The notes beneath the pieces were generated by a model. That model was not told the origin of the DNA. It did no database searches and saw only the letters and a program-made list of their open reading frames with translations. Made by a program: the position numbers and the translations under genes. A stretch of 64,000 nucleotides of DNA. Origin: Spirochaetia bacterium. Lineage in GTDB: Bacteria; Spirochaetota; Spirochaetia; CAKZLE01. Below are positions 19,461 through 28,988 of this stretch, piece by piece. The stretch covers positions 1,216,001 through 1,280,000 of the forward strand of contig OY782041.1 in assembly GCA_963677595.1 (NCBI GenBank), given 5' to 3'. Every line of letters starts with the position of its first letter. The first letter of the stretch is position 1.

Positions 19461-19994
19461 ATGGCAGACGACAAATACTATGTTACCTATAACACGATCC
19501 ACAAGGCAGTGAAGCGGCTTGCGAAGCAGGTCCTGGAGTCGGGGTTCGATCCCGACGTGATCGTCGCGATCGGTTCCGGCGGGTTCATCCCGGCGAGGAT
19601 GATCAAGACGTTCATCAACCGGCCGATCTTCGCCGTCGGGATCTCCTACTACGGCATCGGCAACCAGCATATGGAGATGCCGCAGAAGATCCAGTGGATC
19701 GACGAGGTCGAGCAGAAGCTCGAGGGTAAGAAGATCCTCCTGATCGACGAGGTCGATGATACCCGGGCCACCTTGAGCTACTGCGTGGGTGAGCTGCTCA
19801 GGCACAAGCCTGAGGAGATCGCCGTCCTGGTGATCCACAACAAGAAGAAACCGAAGGATGCGGAATTCCCGAAAGAAGTGAAACGATATTTCCCGGCGAT
19901 CGAACTCGAAGATCGATGGATCAAGTATCCCTGGGATGCCGAAGATATTGACGAACATGATCAATGCGAGAAAGAGATGAAGGAGAATGAATAA
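19461..19994 (+). CDS. Purine phosphoribosyltransferase, yeast Hpt1/Xpt1-like
   Basis: YVTYNTIH, PDVIVAIGSGGFIPAR, QWID, LLIDEVDDTRATL, HNKKKPK, WIKYPWD. Confidence 0.8.
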   Translation: MADDKYYVTYNTIHKAVKRLAKQVLESGFDPDVIVAIGSGGFIPARMIKTFINRPIFAVGISYYGIGNQHMEMPQKIQWIDEVEQKLEGKKILLIDEVDDTRATLSYCVGELLRHKPEEIAVLVIHNKKKPKDAEFPKEVKRYFPAIELEDRWIKYPWDAEDIDEHDQCEKEMKENE

Positions 19995-21265
19995 TGAGTG
20001 TAGATGCCATTGTCGGTGCTCAATGGGGAGATGAAGGGAAAGGTAGGATCGTAGACTACCTCGCGCAGGATTGCGATATGGTGATCCGCTATCAGGGTGG
20101 AGATAACGCAGGCCATACCGTGATCAACGAGTACGGGAAGTTCGCACTCCATATCCTGCCGTCCGGGATCTTCAACCCGAAGACACTCTGCCTTGTCGGG
20201 GCAGGGACCGTCGTGAACTTCAACACCATGGAAGAGGAACTGAAGTCGGTCGAGGCTGCCGGCATTGATACTGACAACCTCTTCGTCGATAAAAGAGCCC
20301 ACCTGATCATGCCCTTCCACTGCATGCTCGACGGAGCTGAGGAAGCTAACCGGAACAAGAAGTGGGCAGTAGGCACCACGAAGCGTGGGATCGGGCCCGT
20401 CTACTCAGACAAGGCATCCCGCGTCGGGATCCGGGCAGTAGACATCCTCGACCCGGAACGACTGAAGGTCAGGCTCGAGATGCTCATGCCGAAGAAGAAC
20501 CGTGAGCTCGAGTACTACGGCCTCGATACCATCTCGGTCGATGAGATGATGGAGCTCTGCGCCTCCTGGAGGGAGAAGTTCGGAAAGCGAATCATCGACT
20601 CGGTACCCGTCCTCAGGGATGCGGTGAAAGCCGGGAAGAACGTCCTCTTCGAGGGGCAGCTCGGGATCATGAGGGACCTCGACTGGGGCATCTACCCCTA
20701 CACCACCTCCTCTAACCCGACTGCCGGCGGTACCTGCTCGGGAGCCGGTATCTCCCCGAAGCGGATCGACAACATCTACGGGGTGGTGAAAGCCTACTCG
20801 ACATCAGTCGGCGGCGGCCCCTTCCCGGTAGAGCTCTTCGATGCTGACGGGGAGAAGCTCCGAGAGATCGGCGGGGAGTTCGGTGCAACGACCGGCCGAC
20901 CGCGACGCTGCGGGTGGTTCGACGGTGTTGCCGCCGCATACTCCTGCTGGATCAACGGGTTCACCCATATCGCCGTGACCAAGCTCGATGTCCTCGACCA
21001 CTTCGATACGATCAAGATCTGCACCGGCTACAAGGTCGGCGATGAGGTCATCGACTATGTCCCCGAGACTGCCCTGCAGGATATCGCGGAGCCGGTCTAT
21101 GAGGAGTGGGCAGGCTGGAAATGCGACACGACAGGCCTCAGGACCTGGGAAGAGCTCCCGCAGGAGGCGAAAGCCTACCTCAAGCGGCTCGAGGAGCTGA
21201 CCGGGGCACCGATGAAGTTCATCTCCGTCGGTCCTGAACGCGACCAGATCATCGTGATCGACTAG
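19994..21265 (+). CDS. purA: Adenylosuccinate synthetase
   Basis: GAQWGDEGKG, QGGDNAGHT, GTTKRGIGP, GATTGRPRRCGWFD, TKLDVL. Confidence 0.98.
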   Translation: MSVDAIVGAQWGDEGKGRIVDYLAQDCDMVIRYQGGDNAGHTVINEYGKFALHILPSGIFNPKTLCLVGAGTVVNFNTMEEELKSVEAAGIDTDNLFVDKRAHLIMPFHCMLDGAEEANRNKKWAVGTTKRGIGPVYSDKASRVGIRAVDILDPERLKVRLEMLMPKKNRELEYYGLDTISVDEMMELCASWREKFGKRIIDSVPVLRDAVKAGKNVLFEGQLGIMRDLDWGIYPYTTSSNPTAGGTCSGAGISPKRIDNIYGVVKAYSTSVGGGPFPVELFDADGEKLREIGGEFGATTGRPRRCGWFDGVAAAYSCWINGFTHIAVTKLDVLDHFDTIKICTGYKVGDEVIDYVPETALQDIAEPVYEEWAGWKCDTTGLRTWEELPQEAKAYLKRLEELTGAPMKFISVGPERDQIIVID

Positions 21266-21276
21266 AAGGAGCCTCA

Positions 21277-22683
21277 ATGGGACAGCATACATACGGGCAT
21301 GAGACGTTCATCTCCCCCTTCACCTGGCGATACGGGACAGAGCAGATGCGTCACATCTGGTCCGAGACCCATAAACGAACCCTGCTGCGTTCCTTCTGGA
21401 TCGCCCTCGCACGGGCTGAGATGAAAGCCGGGATCGTCACTGAGGAACAGGTACAGGACCTCGAGTCAAAACGCGTTGCCATCGACATCGACCGGGCATC
21501 TGAGATCGAGGCGGAGATCCACCATGACCTCATGGCCGAGATCAAGACCTATGCGGAGCAGTGCCCGGTGGGTGGAAGCATCATACACCTCGGGGCTACC
21601 AGCATGGATGCCCTCGACAACATGGATGCCATCCGCCTTGCCGAGTCACTCGACCTCATCATCGGGAAGGCAGCCGAACTCCTCAGCCTGCTGAGGGAGG
21701 CTATCATCGAGCAGGCCGACAGGCCCTGCATGGCCTTCACCCATATTCAGCCGGCAGAGCCGACGACCATCGGCTACCGCCTGGCACAGTACGGGCAGGA
21801 CATCCTCGCAGACCTGGAGTACCTGAGACAGGTCCGAGCCTCAGTACGCGGTAAGGGACTCAAGGGTGCGGTAGGCACCAGTGCCTCCTATACCGAGCTG
21901 CTCAAGGGTAATGAGATGTCGGCACGGGAACTTGAGACGCTCGTCATGGAGGAGCTTGGAATCAAGCCGTTCACGGCAGCGACCCAGGTCTACCCGAGGA
22001 AGCAGGACTGGGTGATCTCCAATGCCCTTGCGGGGCTTGCAGGCTCACTCTACAAGTTCGCCTTCGACCTGAGGATCCTGCAGACCCCGCCGATCGGTGA
22101 GTGGGCGGAACCCTTCGGTTCCAAGCAGGTAGGATCATCCGCCATGCCGTTCAAGCGCAACCCGATCCGGTCTGAGAAGATCGACTCACTCGCACGGTTC
22201 ATCGCCCACCTTCCTGCTACCTTCTGGCATAACGCATCGCATACGCTCCTCGAGCGTACCCTCGATGACTCAGCGAACAGGCGAGAGGCGTTCCCCGCTG
22301 CATTCCTCGCGCTGGATGAGATCCTGAAGACTGCCCTCCAGGTAGTGAAGGGGATTCAGTTCAGGGATGTCGCCATCGACCGGAACCTCTCAGTCTACGG
22401 GGCCTTCTCCGCGACCGAACGGCTGCTCATGGAGCTCGGACGACGGGGAGGAGACCGCCAGGAGATGCATGAGGTGATCCGGGAACACTCCCTGGCTGCC
22501 TGGGACGACCTGCAGCGGGGGAATGAGATCCACCTTGCCGAGTCCCTTACGCATGACCCGAGGGTGACCGAGTTCATCAGCCCTGAGGAGGCTATGACCT
22601 TCCTCGATGCCTCCGTCTATGTCGGGGATGCTCCGGGACGGGCACGGGAGATCGCCGGGGAGATCGAAGCCGCATTGGCGTGA
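21277..22683 (+). CDS. purB: Adenylosuccinate lyase
   Basis: HDLMA, IHLGATS, FTH.QPA.PTT.G.R, GSSAMPFKRNP. Confidence 0.96.
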   Translation: MGQHTYGHETFISPFTWRYGTEQMRHIWSETHKRTLLRSFWIALARAEMKAGIVTEEQVQDLESKRVAIDIDRASEIEAEIHHDLMAEIKTYAEQCPVGGSIIHLGATSMDALDNMDAIRLAESLDLIIGKAAELLSLLREAIIEQADRPCMAFTHIQPAEPTTIGYRLAQYGQDILADLEYLRQVRASVRGKGLKGAVGTSASYTELLKGNEMSARELETLVMEELGIKPFTAATQVYPRKQDWVISNALAGLAGSLYKFAFDLRILQTPPIGEWAEPFGSKQVGSSAMPFKRNPIRSEKIDSLARFIAHLPATFWHNASHTLLERTLDDSANRREAFPAAFLALDEILKTALQVVKGIQFRDVAIDRNLSVYGAFSATERLLMELGRRGGDRQEMHEVIREHSLAAWDDLQRGNEIHLAESLTHDPRVTEFISPEEAMTFLDASVYVGDAPGRAREIAGEIEAALA

Positions 22684-22705
22684 CCCCTCACGACGGCATA
22701 GTACG

Positions 22706-22739
22706 ATCCCGCGGGGGTTCCTTCCCCTGCGGGATTTTT
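22706..22739 (+). terminator. Rho-independent terminator after purB
   Basis: ATCCCGCGGGGG-ttcctt-CCCCTGCGGGAT followed by a T-run. Confidence 0.8.
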
Positions 22740-22795
22740 CTATTTTCACAGGGTATCATATCGTATATACTTGTAGCATAAGAGGTACGACAGCC

Positions 22796-25700
22796 ATGGC
22801 AAAACGGTATCCGGCATTATGCCTGTTCAGCATATTGATCCTGCTCAGCTCCTGTACGACATCAGGGAAGGCGGGGACTCCTGACCTCCCCGAAGAGCCG
22901 AAGGCGGCAGAGGCCCCTGTGAGCATCATCGTCACACCGGAACCCGTGAAAGAGGCCATAGAGCCGGAGACAGAGCCGGTGGTTGAGCCAGAACCTGAAC
23001 CTGAGCCCGTCGTCGATATCATCGTCACCCCGGCGAAGATCGAGCCGGTGATCGAGGAACCGGAACCCGAGCCCGAACTGATCATAGAGCCTGAACCGGA
23101 ACCGATCCCGGAACCGGAACCTCCACAGGTCCCAGCGAACCTCATGGAGGCGATCGAAGCTAATGACCTTGCCCTGGCTGAAGGATTCATCCTGCAGGAT
23201 TCAGGGCTCCTCTCGGCACGGGATGCAGCCGGGAACACCCCCCTCCATACCGCAGCCGGGCTCGGTGAGACGAGTATGGTCAGCCTGCTCCTCAAGCACG
23301 GGGCAGATCCCTCGATCCCCAACGACGCGGGACAGCTCCCGATCCATATCGCCGCAGGGATCTCCTTCGAGCTCGCCCACAACCTCTTAGGGAACGGGAG
23401 CCTCCTCTTCCGCGTGGACGACTCGGGCAGCAGCGCTCTCGACCTGGCCTTCGATGCAGGGCCGAAGGGGGTCAGCAGCCTGCTCGGGGAGCAGTTCGTG
23501 AACTCCCTCGACCTGCAGGGGAACACCCCCCTCCAGTATGCCGCGCAGCGAGGAGACCTCGCCGTAGTCAACGAGCTCATCGAGTACGGGGCTGACCTGA
23601 ACCTGTCCAACTCCCAGGGGGAGACCCCCCTCGATATCGCATTCACACGGACCGACAGCGATATACACGTAGAGATCGCCCGGGTCCTCATCCAGAACTA
23701 TGCGCAGATCCCGAACGACCAGGAGTTCTACTATGCCTACCAGACGCTTTCCAACGATGATGTGAACATCAGGTTCGAAGGGGGGACAACTCCCCTGCAC
23801 TTCGCCGCCGCATACCACCACCCGGCACTGCTCCGTGCATTCATCGCGGAACACGGGTACCTCGAGGCGCGGGATGAGGAGGAGAACACCCCGCTCCATA
23901 TCGCGGTGGTGAACGGGTTCTTTGACATCACGAAGCTCCTCGTCGCTGCCGGGGCTGACCTCGATTCGCGCGATGCCATGAACAACAGCCCCCTCCACCT
24001 TGCCGTCACGTCGAACACGGATACAGGGATCGCTGAGTACCTGCTGGACAGCGGTGCAGAAGTAGACAGTCGGAACAGCTTCGGGGAGACCCCGCTGCAC
24101 AATGCGGTCTCCTCGGCGATCGATCCCACGTTCGTGAGCCTCCTGCTCTCCTACGGCGCACAACCGGACAGCCGGAACACCTCAGGGAACACCCCCCTCA
24201 TGGGGGCCCTTGCCGAAGATAACCAGGCAGCAGCAGAACTGCTCCTTGACGAGGGCACCGATATCTACGCGAGCAACTTCCATGAGATCAGCCCCATCAT
24301 CCGGGCCCTGGTCAAGGGACCGGAGACCGTCTCCTGGTTCTACCGGGACTATATGAACGGGACTGCCGACGGGGAGGGGAACTCCCCGCTCCATATCGCG
24401 GTCATCACCGGCGCTTCGACCGAGGCCATCGCCCTGGTCATCGCTTCCGGGGCCGATCTCGACAAGAGGAACCTCCAGGGGGAGACCCCCATGCACCTCT
24501 CTGTCAGCTGCGGGTATCCCGAGGCTGCCAGACTGCTCACCCAATCAGGGGCAGACCCCTTCATCAACAACAACCGGGGCAAGTCCCCGCTCGTCCTCGC
24601 CTACGCCGAGGGGATCGACTTCACCGGCTACATCATCAACGAACAGAACCTTCAGGGAAGCGACACGGACGGGAACACCCCGCTCCACCTCGCGGCACTC
24701 TGGGACTACCCTGAGGCAGTCTCCTTCCTGATCGACCACGGGGCAGCAGTCAATGCCCGGAACGACCAGGGGCTGACCCCGCTGCACTATGCCGTGAAGA
24801 ACAACAGTGTGGAGATCTGCAGGATCCTCCAGGCACGGGAAGCGAAGATCGATGCCCGGGATAATTACGGGAACACGCCGCTCCATACAGCGATCTCCTG
24901 GGGTTCTTCCCAGTGCGCCAAGTTCCTCCTGCTGCTCAAGGCGAACGTGGAACTGCGCAACCTCAGCGGGAACACCCCCATGCATACAGCGGTCCTGCAC
25001 CAGGACTCCCTGGGGATCAACATGCTCTACCAGTACGGGGCATCGCTCGAGTCCCGGGACAATACCGGGATGACGCCGCTGCTGCTCTCTACACGGAAGA
25101 ACTTCTGGACGATCTCCGAGCTGCTCATCGAGCTCGGGGCAGACTACAACACCCGTGACGACCGGGGCAACACGCCGCTCCATGAGGCGGTACGCAACAA
25201 GAACCAGCGTACCTGCGGGCTCCTCGCAGGCAAGGGCGCCGATATCTACGCAGAGAACAGCTATGGGGATACCCCCCTCATGATCGCCTTCAAGGCAGGG
25301 GTGGAAGTCGTCGACTGGTTCATCACCGGCCCGATGGTCTTCGACCGGGATGACGAGGGGAACACCCCGCTCCATACCGCTATCCAGTTGAATGCCTCGG
25401 CAGAGGTCATCCACAGCCTGATCGACAAGGGCGCGGACATCAACAGCAGGAACAACAGGATCAACACCCCGCTCCATAACGCCTTCCTCTCCAATAACAA
25501 GACGGCAGTCATGGTGCTCGTGGAAGCGGGGGCTGACCTCTTCAGCAGGAACGGGGACGGCAAGACCCCGCTCACCCTCTCTTTTGCCATGGGGCTCGAT
25601 GCACTCTCCTGGATCGTATCCATCGACAACATCAACTCGACCGACCAGTACGGGAACTCCTGCCTCCATGCAGCAGCCCAGTACGGTTCAATGGAAGCTG

Positions 25701-25831
25701 TGGAGTATATGCTGAACCTCGGTGGGGACCCGACGGTGATGAACCTCGCAGGTGATACGCCTGCCGAGACAGCCCTGAAGAACGGGCACCTTGACATCAT
25801 GAACCGTTTACGTGTATTTGATAGGGAATGA
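22796..25831 (+). CDS. Large ankyrin-repeat lipoprotein (~1,011 aa)
   Basis: Signal peptide ending LLSS-C (lipobox), Pro/Glu-rich linker, about 20 G(N/E)TPLH.A repeats. Confidence 0.9.
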   Translation: MAKRYPALCLFSILILLSSCTTSGKAGTPDLPEEPKAAEAPVSIIVTPEPVKEAIEPETEPVVEPEPEPEPVVDIIVTPAKIEPVIEEPEPEPELIIEPEPEPIPEPEPPQVPANLMEAIEANDLALAEGFILQDSGLLSARDAAGNTPLHTAAGLGETSMVSLLLKHGADPSIPNDAGQLPIHIAAGISFELAHNLLGNGSLLFRVDDSGSSALDLAFDAGPKGVSSLLGEQFVNSLDLQGNTPLQYAAQRGDLAVVNELIEYGADLNLSNSQGETPLDIAFTRTDSDIHVEIARVLIQNYAQIPNDQEFYYAYQTLSNDDVNIRFEGGTTPLHFAAAYHHPALLRAFIAEHGYLEARDEEENTPLHIAVVNGFFDITKLLVAAGADLDSRDAMNNSPLHLAVTSNTDTGIAEYLLDSGAEVDSRNSFGETPLHNAVSSAIDPTFVSLLLSYGAQPDSRNTSGNTPLMGALAEDNQAAAELLLDEGTDIYASNFHEISPIIRALVKGPETVSWFYRDYMNGTADGEGNSPLHIAVITGASTEAIALVIASGADLDKRNLQGETPMHLSVSCGYPEAARLLTQSGADPFINNNRGKSPLVLAYAEGIDFTGYIINEQNLQGSDTDGNTPLHLAALWDYPEAVSFLIDHGAAVNARNDQGLTPLHYAVKNNSVEICRILQAREAKIDARDNYGNTPLHTAISWGSSQCAKFLLLLKANVELRNLSGNTPMHTAVLHQDSLGINMLYQYGASLESRDNTGMTPLLLSTRKNFWTISELLIELGADYNTRDDRGNTPLHEAVRNKNQRTCGLLAGKGADIYAENSYGDTPLMIAFKAGVEVVDWFITGPMVFDRDDEGNTPLHTAIQLNASAEVIHSLIDKGADINSRNNRINTPLHNAFLSNNKTAVMVLVEAGADLFSRNGDGKTPLTLSFAMGLDALSWIVSIDNINSTDQYGNSCLHAAAQYGSMEAVEYMLNLGGDPTVMNLAGDTPAETALKNGHLDIMNRLRVFDRE

Positions 25832-26490
25832 ACTACACAGGATTGATCTTCGACCTTGACGGGACCCTCTATGATGCGAAGCATTTCGGCAAGCGGCTGG
25901 TCATCGGTAACATACGGCTCTATGAGAACCTCACAGCATTGAGGAACGTCCTGAAGCCGCTGCCGGGCAAGGCCTTTGCCAGCGGTTCAGCCTATAAGAT
26001 GTTCCTCTTCGAGGGTATGGCCCATGACCTGAATACCCGCTTCCCGGACAGACCGCCGGTCAATGCCGCGACCATGGGACACTGGTACCACCATGAGTAC
26101 TATCCTGCCGTGCTGGGACTGCTCCAGAAGCGCTATGAGAGCGAAGCAGTCACACAGGACCTCCTCAGGTCAGTCTCGAGACGCATACCGGTCTCCCTCT
26201 GCTCAGACATCGGTGTCATCGATGAGCGTCTTCGGGCGGTGGGACTCACCCCTGCCACCTTCGCCTACCGCCTCTCCACCGATGAGACCGGTATCGTTCG
26301 CCCTGCGGCTAAGACCTATACCCGCTTAGCCGGCCTGATGGGGACACGGCCAGAGAAGACCCTGGTCATCGGGGACTCGGATGAGGTGGATGGTGAGAGC
26401 GCACGGAGTGCCGGGATGGACTTCTTCAGGATCGTGCCGGATGATTTCAAGGGGAGCTGGAATCGCCTGAAGAACCTGCTTTCCCCCTAG
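25828..26490 (+). CDS. HAD family hydrolase
   Basis: IFDLDGTLYD motif I, VIGDS..VDG..A..AGM; ATGA overlap with the ankyrin gene. Confidence 0.85.
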   Translation: MNYTGLIFDLDGTLYDAKHFGKRLVIGNIRLYENLTALRNVLKPLPGKAFASGSAYKMFLFEGMAHDLNTRFPDRPPVNAATMGHWYHHEYYPAVLGLLQKRYESEAVTQDLLRSVSRRIPVSLCSDIGVIDERLRAVGLTPATFAYRLSTDETGIVRPAAKTYTRLAGLMGTRPEKTLVIGDSDEVDGESARSAGMDFFRIVPDDFKGSWNRLKNLLSP

Positions 26491-27080
26491 AAATGGATGA
26501 GCCCGAAGAGGCTCACACCACCCTTGATCAGGTAATAGTAGACCACCATCCTCGGTATACGGGCCAAACAGCCGATCAATACCTCATACCACGGGACTTC
26601 CAGCAGCCCGGCGATCCAGCAGATGGTCGAGAAGGGGACCGGGGTGAACCCGGCTATGGCAACCGCCCATCCCCCGTAATGGTGCAGGAGGGCCTTCCCC
26701 TGGTCATGGTAGTTGCGCGTCAGGTTATGTATGATCGACAGCCGGTCTAACCTGCCGGCGATCAGGTACCCGAGGAACCCGCCTGCCATGGAGGCAAGGG
26801 ACATGACAGCAAGCAGGGAGAGCACCGGCAGTGACTGTGCCAGCGGGTAGACGATGTCGACGGTAGCCGGCACGATGAGCAGGTCGACGAGGAAGCAGTA
26901 GATCCCGATCCCGAGCAGGCCGTACTTCCTGCTCAGCACCTCGCCGGCAGCATGCAGGTGGTCACGCACCAGCAGGGCCAGCAGGCCGTATACCAGCAGG
27001 CCGATGACTGCGAACATGAGTGTCTTGAGTATGATGTGCCTCAAGTCAGGTTTCTCGTGCAGCTCAGGCTCTTCCTTCAA
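26487..27080 (-). CDS. DedA/YqaA (VTT-domain) membrane protein
   Basis: TTG start after GAGGAGG; GGFLGYLI, YGGWAVAIAGFTPVPFS..CWIAG, ARIPR. Confidence 0.8.
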   Translation of the reverse strand: MKEEPELHEKPDLRHIILKTLMFAVIGLLVYGLLALLVRDHLHAAGEVLSRKYGLLGIGIYCFLVDLLIVPATVDIVYPLAQSLPVLSLLAVMSLASMAGGFLGYLIAGRLDRLSIIHNLTRNYHDQGKALLHHYGGWAVAIAGFTPVPFSTICWIAGLLEVPWYEVLIGCLARIPRMVVYYYLIKGGVSLFGLIHF

Positions 27081-27774
27081 GGTATGCCCTCCTCTCAGGT
27101 TCAGGGAACTTCTCGATCGCATACCGAAGCATCGTCCTCGGCATGTCATGATAGTGTTCGGCAAGGAACGCCCTCTCAAGTTCCCCATCACGATTGCCGA
27201 CCTCACGGAGCATCCAGCCCACCGCCTTGTGTATCAGGTCATGGGGATGGTGCAGGAGGATCTCCGCCAGGGACAGGGTATCGGAGTGATCATGGTTTCG
27301 TATGAAGTGCATCGTCGTGATGATCGCCATGCGCTTACTCCAGATACTCTCCTCTCTCACCAGTTCGAACAGGATCCTGCGATCACGCTCCAGCAGCCAG
27401 GGACCCAGGATCTTATAGCAGGTCACATCCACCAGGTCCCAATTGTTTATATACACCCTGCTCGCAAGGTAATAGTCTACCAGTACTTCCTGTCTTTCTG
27501 CACTGCGTTCCTTCTCGAACTGTATGACTAGTATTAGTAATGCAGTCATACGATACTCATGGACCCCGGATCGCAGAAGCCTGTCAAGGTCCTCGGGGGT
27601 ACTGTCCCGATAGAACCGCTTCGCGATCGCACGCTGTTTCGGCATCGTGACACCAAGGAAGTGGTCACCTTCCCCATACTCTCCCGGCCCGGTCTTGAAG
27701 AACCGCTGCAGTACTGCCGCTTTCTCTCTGTCGGCTTCGGCCTGGAGCGCAGCTTCGATCCGGTCCGCGGTCAT
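27064..27774 (-). CDS. alkD: DNA alkylation repair protein (AlkD-like HEAT-repeat glycosylase)
   Basis: RFFKTGPGEYGEGD.FLGV, INNWDLVD, W.KRMAI, HDLIHKAVGWMLRE.G, MPRTMLRYAIEKF. Confidence 0.9.
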   Translation of the reverse strand: MTADRIEAALQAEADREKAAVLQRFFKTGPGEYGEGDHFLGVTMPKQRAIAKRFYRDSTPEDLDRLLRSGVHEYRMTALLILVIQFEKERSAERQEVLVDYYLASRVYINNWDLVDVTCYKILGPWLLERDRRILFELVREESIWSKRMAIITTMHFIRNHDHSDTLSLAEILLHHPHDLIHKAVGWMLREVGNRDGELERAFLAEHYHDMPRTMLRYAIEKFPEPERRAYLEGRA

Positions 27775-28988
27775 GAGGGTATCACCAGCTTCCTGAACGC
27801 AGCGAGGAACGCATCTTTCCCTTCTGGACGATCTCCGATCCCCTGCCAGACAGGCGGCCTGCCGCCGCCTTTCGCCCCTATGAGGGGGAAGAGCTCGTTC
27901 CTGACGGTGGGAAAATCGATCCCGGCAGAACCGCCTGCAGCAATCAGCCACTGCAGCTTCCCGTCCACATTCTCCTGGACCATGCAGAGATAATAGTCTT
28001 TCCCTTCCGGGAGGTTCTTCGAGATGGTCCTCAGGATACCGGCAGGCCTGTCTGAGAGATCCACAGCTATGACTAGTTTATTATTATGAGTCATACCAGA
28101 GAAGAACTCCTGTGCTATGAGTTGGAGGGCAAGTTCCTTCTCCAAGGCGGTCACCTGTGCCTGCAGGTCCTTCACCTGCTCGCTCTTCTGCCTCGCCGCC
28201 CTCGTGATGTCCTGCAGCTTGGCGGAGAACAGTGTACCGAGCTCCCCGGCGACCCTGTTCTTCTCCCGATAATCGCGGTAGGCACGTTCCCCGATCTTGA
28301 AGACGAGCCGCAGCCGGCCGCGGATAGTCTCGGTGCCGATGCACGAGATCAGGCCGACCTCCCCGGTCCGTTCGGTATGAAGTCCCCCGCATGCCACGAC
28401 ATCACACTCCTCGATGGTGACGAGTCGGATCTTCCCCGACACCTTCGGGGCCCTGCGCAGGGAAGCCGCATCTAATTCATGATCCATCTTCTCATCCGCA
28501 TGGATGGGAAGGTTCCTGGTGATGACCGCATTGGAGAGTAGTTCGATCTGTTCGATCTCCTCAGGACGTATCTCCTCCCGCGCGATCTCGATGGTCGTGT
28601 ACTCCTCACCCTGATGCACCGAGACCGTATCGATCGAGAGGGCGTCATACATGACTCCCGAGATGATATGCTGTCCGGTATGCTGCTGCATGTAATCATA
28701 GCGGTGTTCCCAGTCGAGTGAGCACTCGAGGGTATCACCTGCATCGTATTTCGGCTTCTCCCCCGTGATATGGAGGATGTCCCCGTCATGCTTGATGGTA
28801 TCTACCACCTCAGAGGTCCCGATCATTCCACGGTCCCCTGGCTGCCCTCCTCCTTCAGGATAACACAGCGTCTCTTCAAGCCTGGTTCCCCACTGGTTCT
28901 TATAGGGCTCGACGGAAGCGACGGTCGCGCTCCATGTAGTATCATAGGTCCGTTCGTAGTAGCTCTTCTTTGTCATTCCTTGCCTCAT
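27771..28988 (-). CDS. Alanyl-tRNA editing protein (AlaX-L type)
   Basis: T..YPEGGGQPGDRG, MQQHTGQH, CGGLH zinc site, C-terminal GAKGGGRP. Confidence 0.9.
   Translation of the reverse strand: MRQGMTKKSYYERTYDTTWSATVASVEPYKNQWGTRLEETLCYPEGGGQPGDRGMIGTSEVVDTIKHDGDILHITGEKPKYDAGDTLECSLDWEHRYDYMQQHTGQHIISGVMYDALSIDTVSVHQGEEYTTIEIAREEIRPEEIEQIELLSNAVITRNLPIHADEKMDHELDAASLRRAPKVSGKIRLVTIEECDVVACGGLHTERTGEVGLISCIGTETIRGRLRLVFKIGERAYRDYREKNRVAGELGTLFSAKLQDITRAARQKSEQVKDLQAQVTALEKELALQLIAQEFFSGMTHNNKLVIAVDLSDRPAGILRTISKNLPEGKDYYLCMVQENVDGKLQWLIAAGGSAGIDFPTVRNELFPLIGAKGGGRPPVWQGIGDRPEGKDAFLAAFRKLVIPS

Noticed and set aside
22900-25800. CRISPR array or non-coding tandem repeat
   Set aside because: The repeats are in-frame ankyrin and Pro/Glu coding repeats, not constant repeats with unique spacers.
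27523-27550. Canonical dif, parS or matS site
   Set aside because: No match to the XerD arm TTATGTTAAAT, parS GTTTCACGTGAAAC or matS GTGACRNYGTCAC; kept as a novel-motif finding instead.
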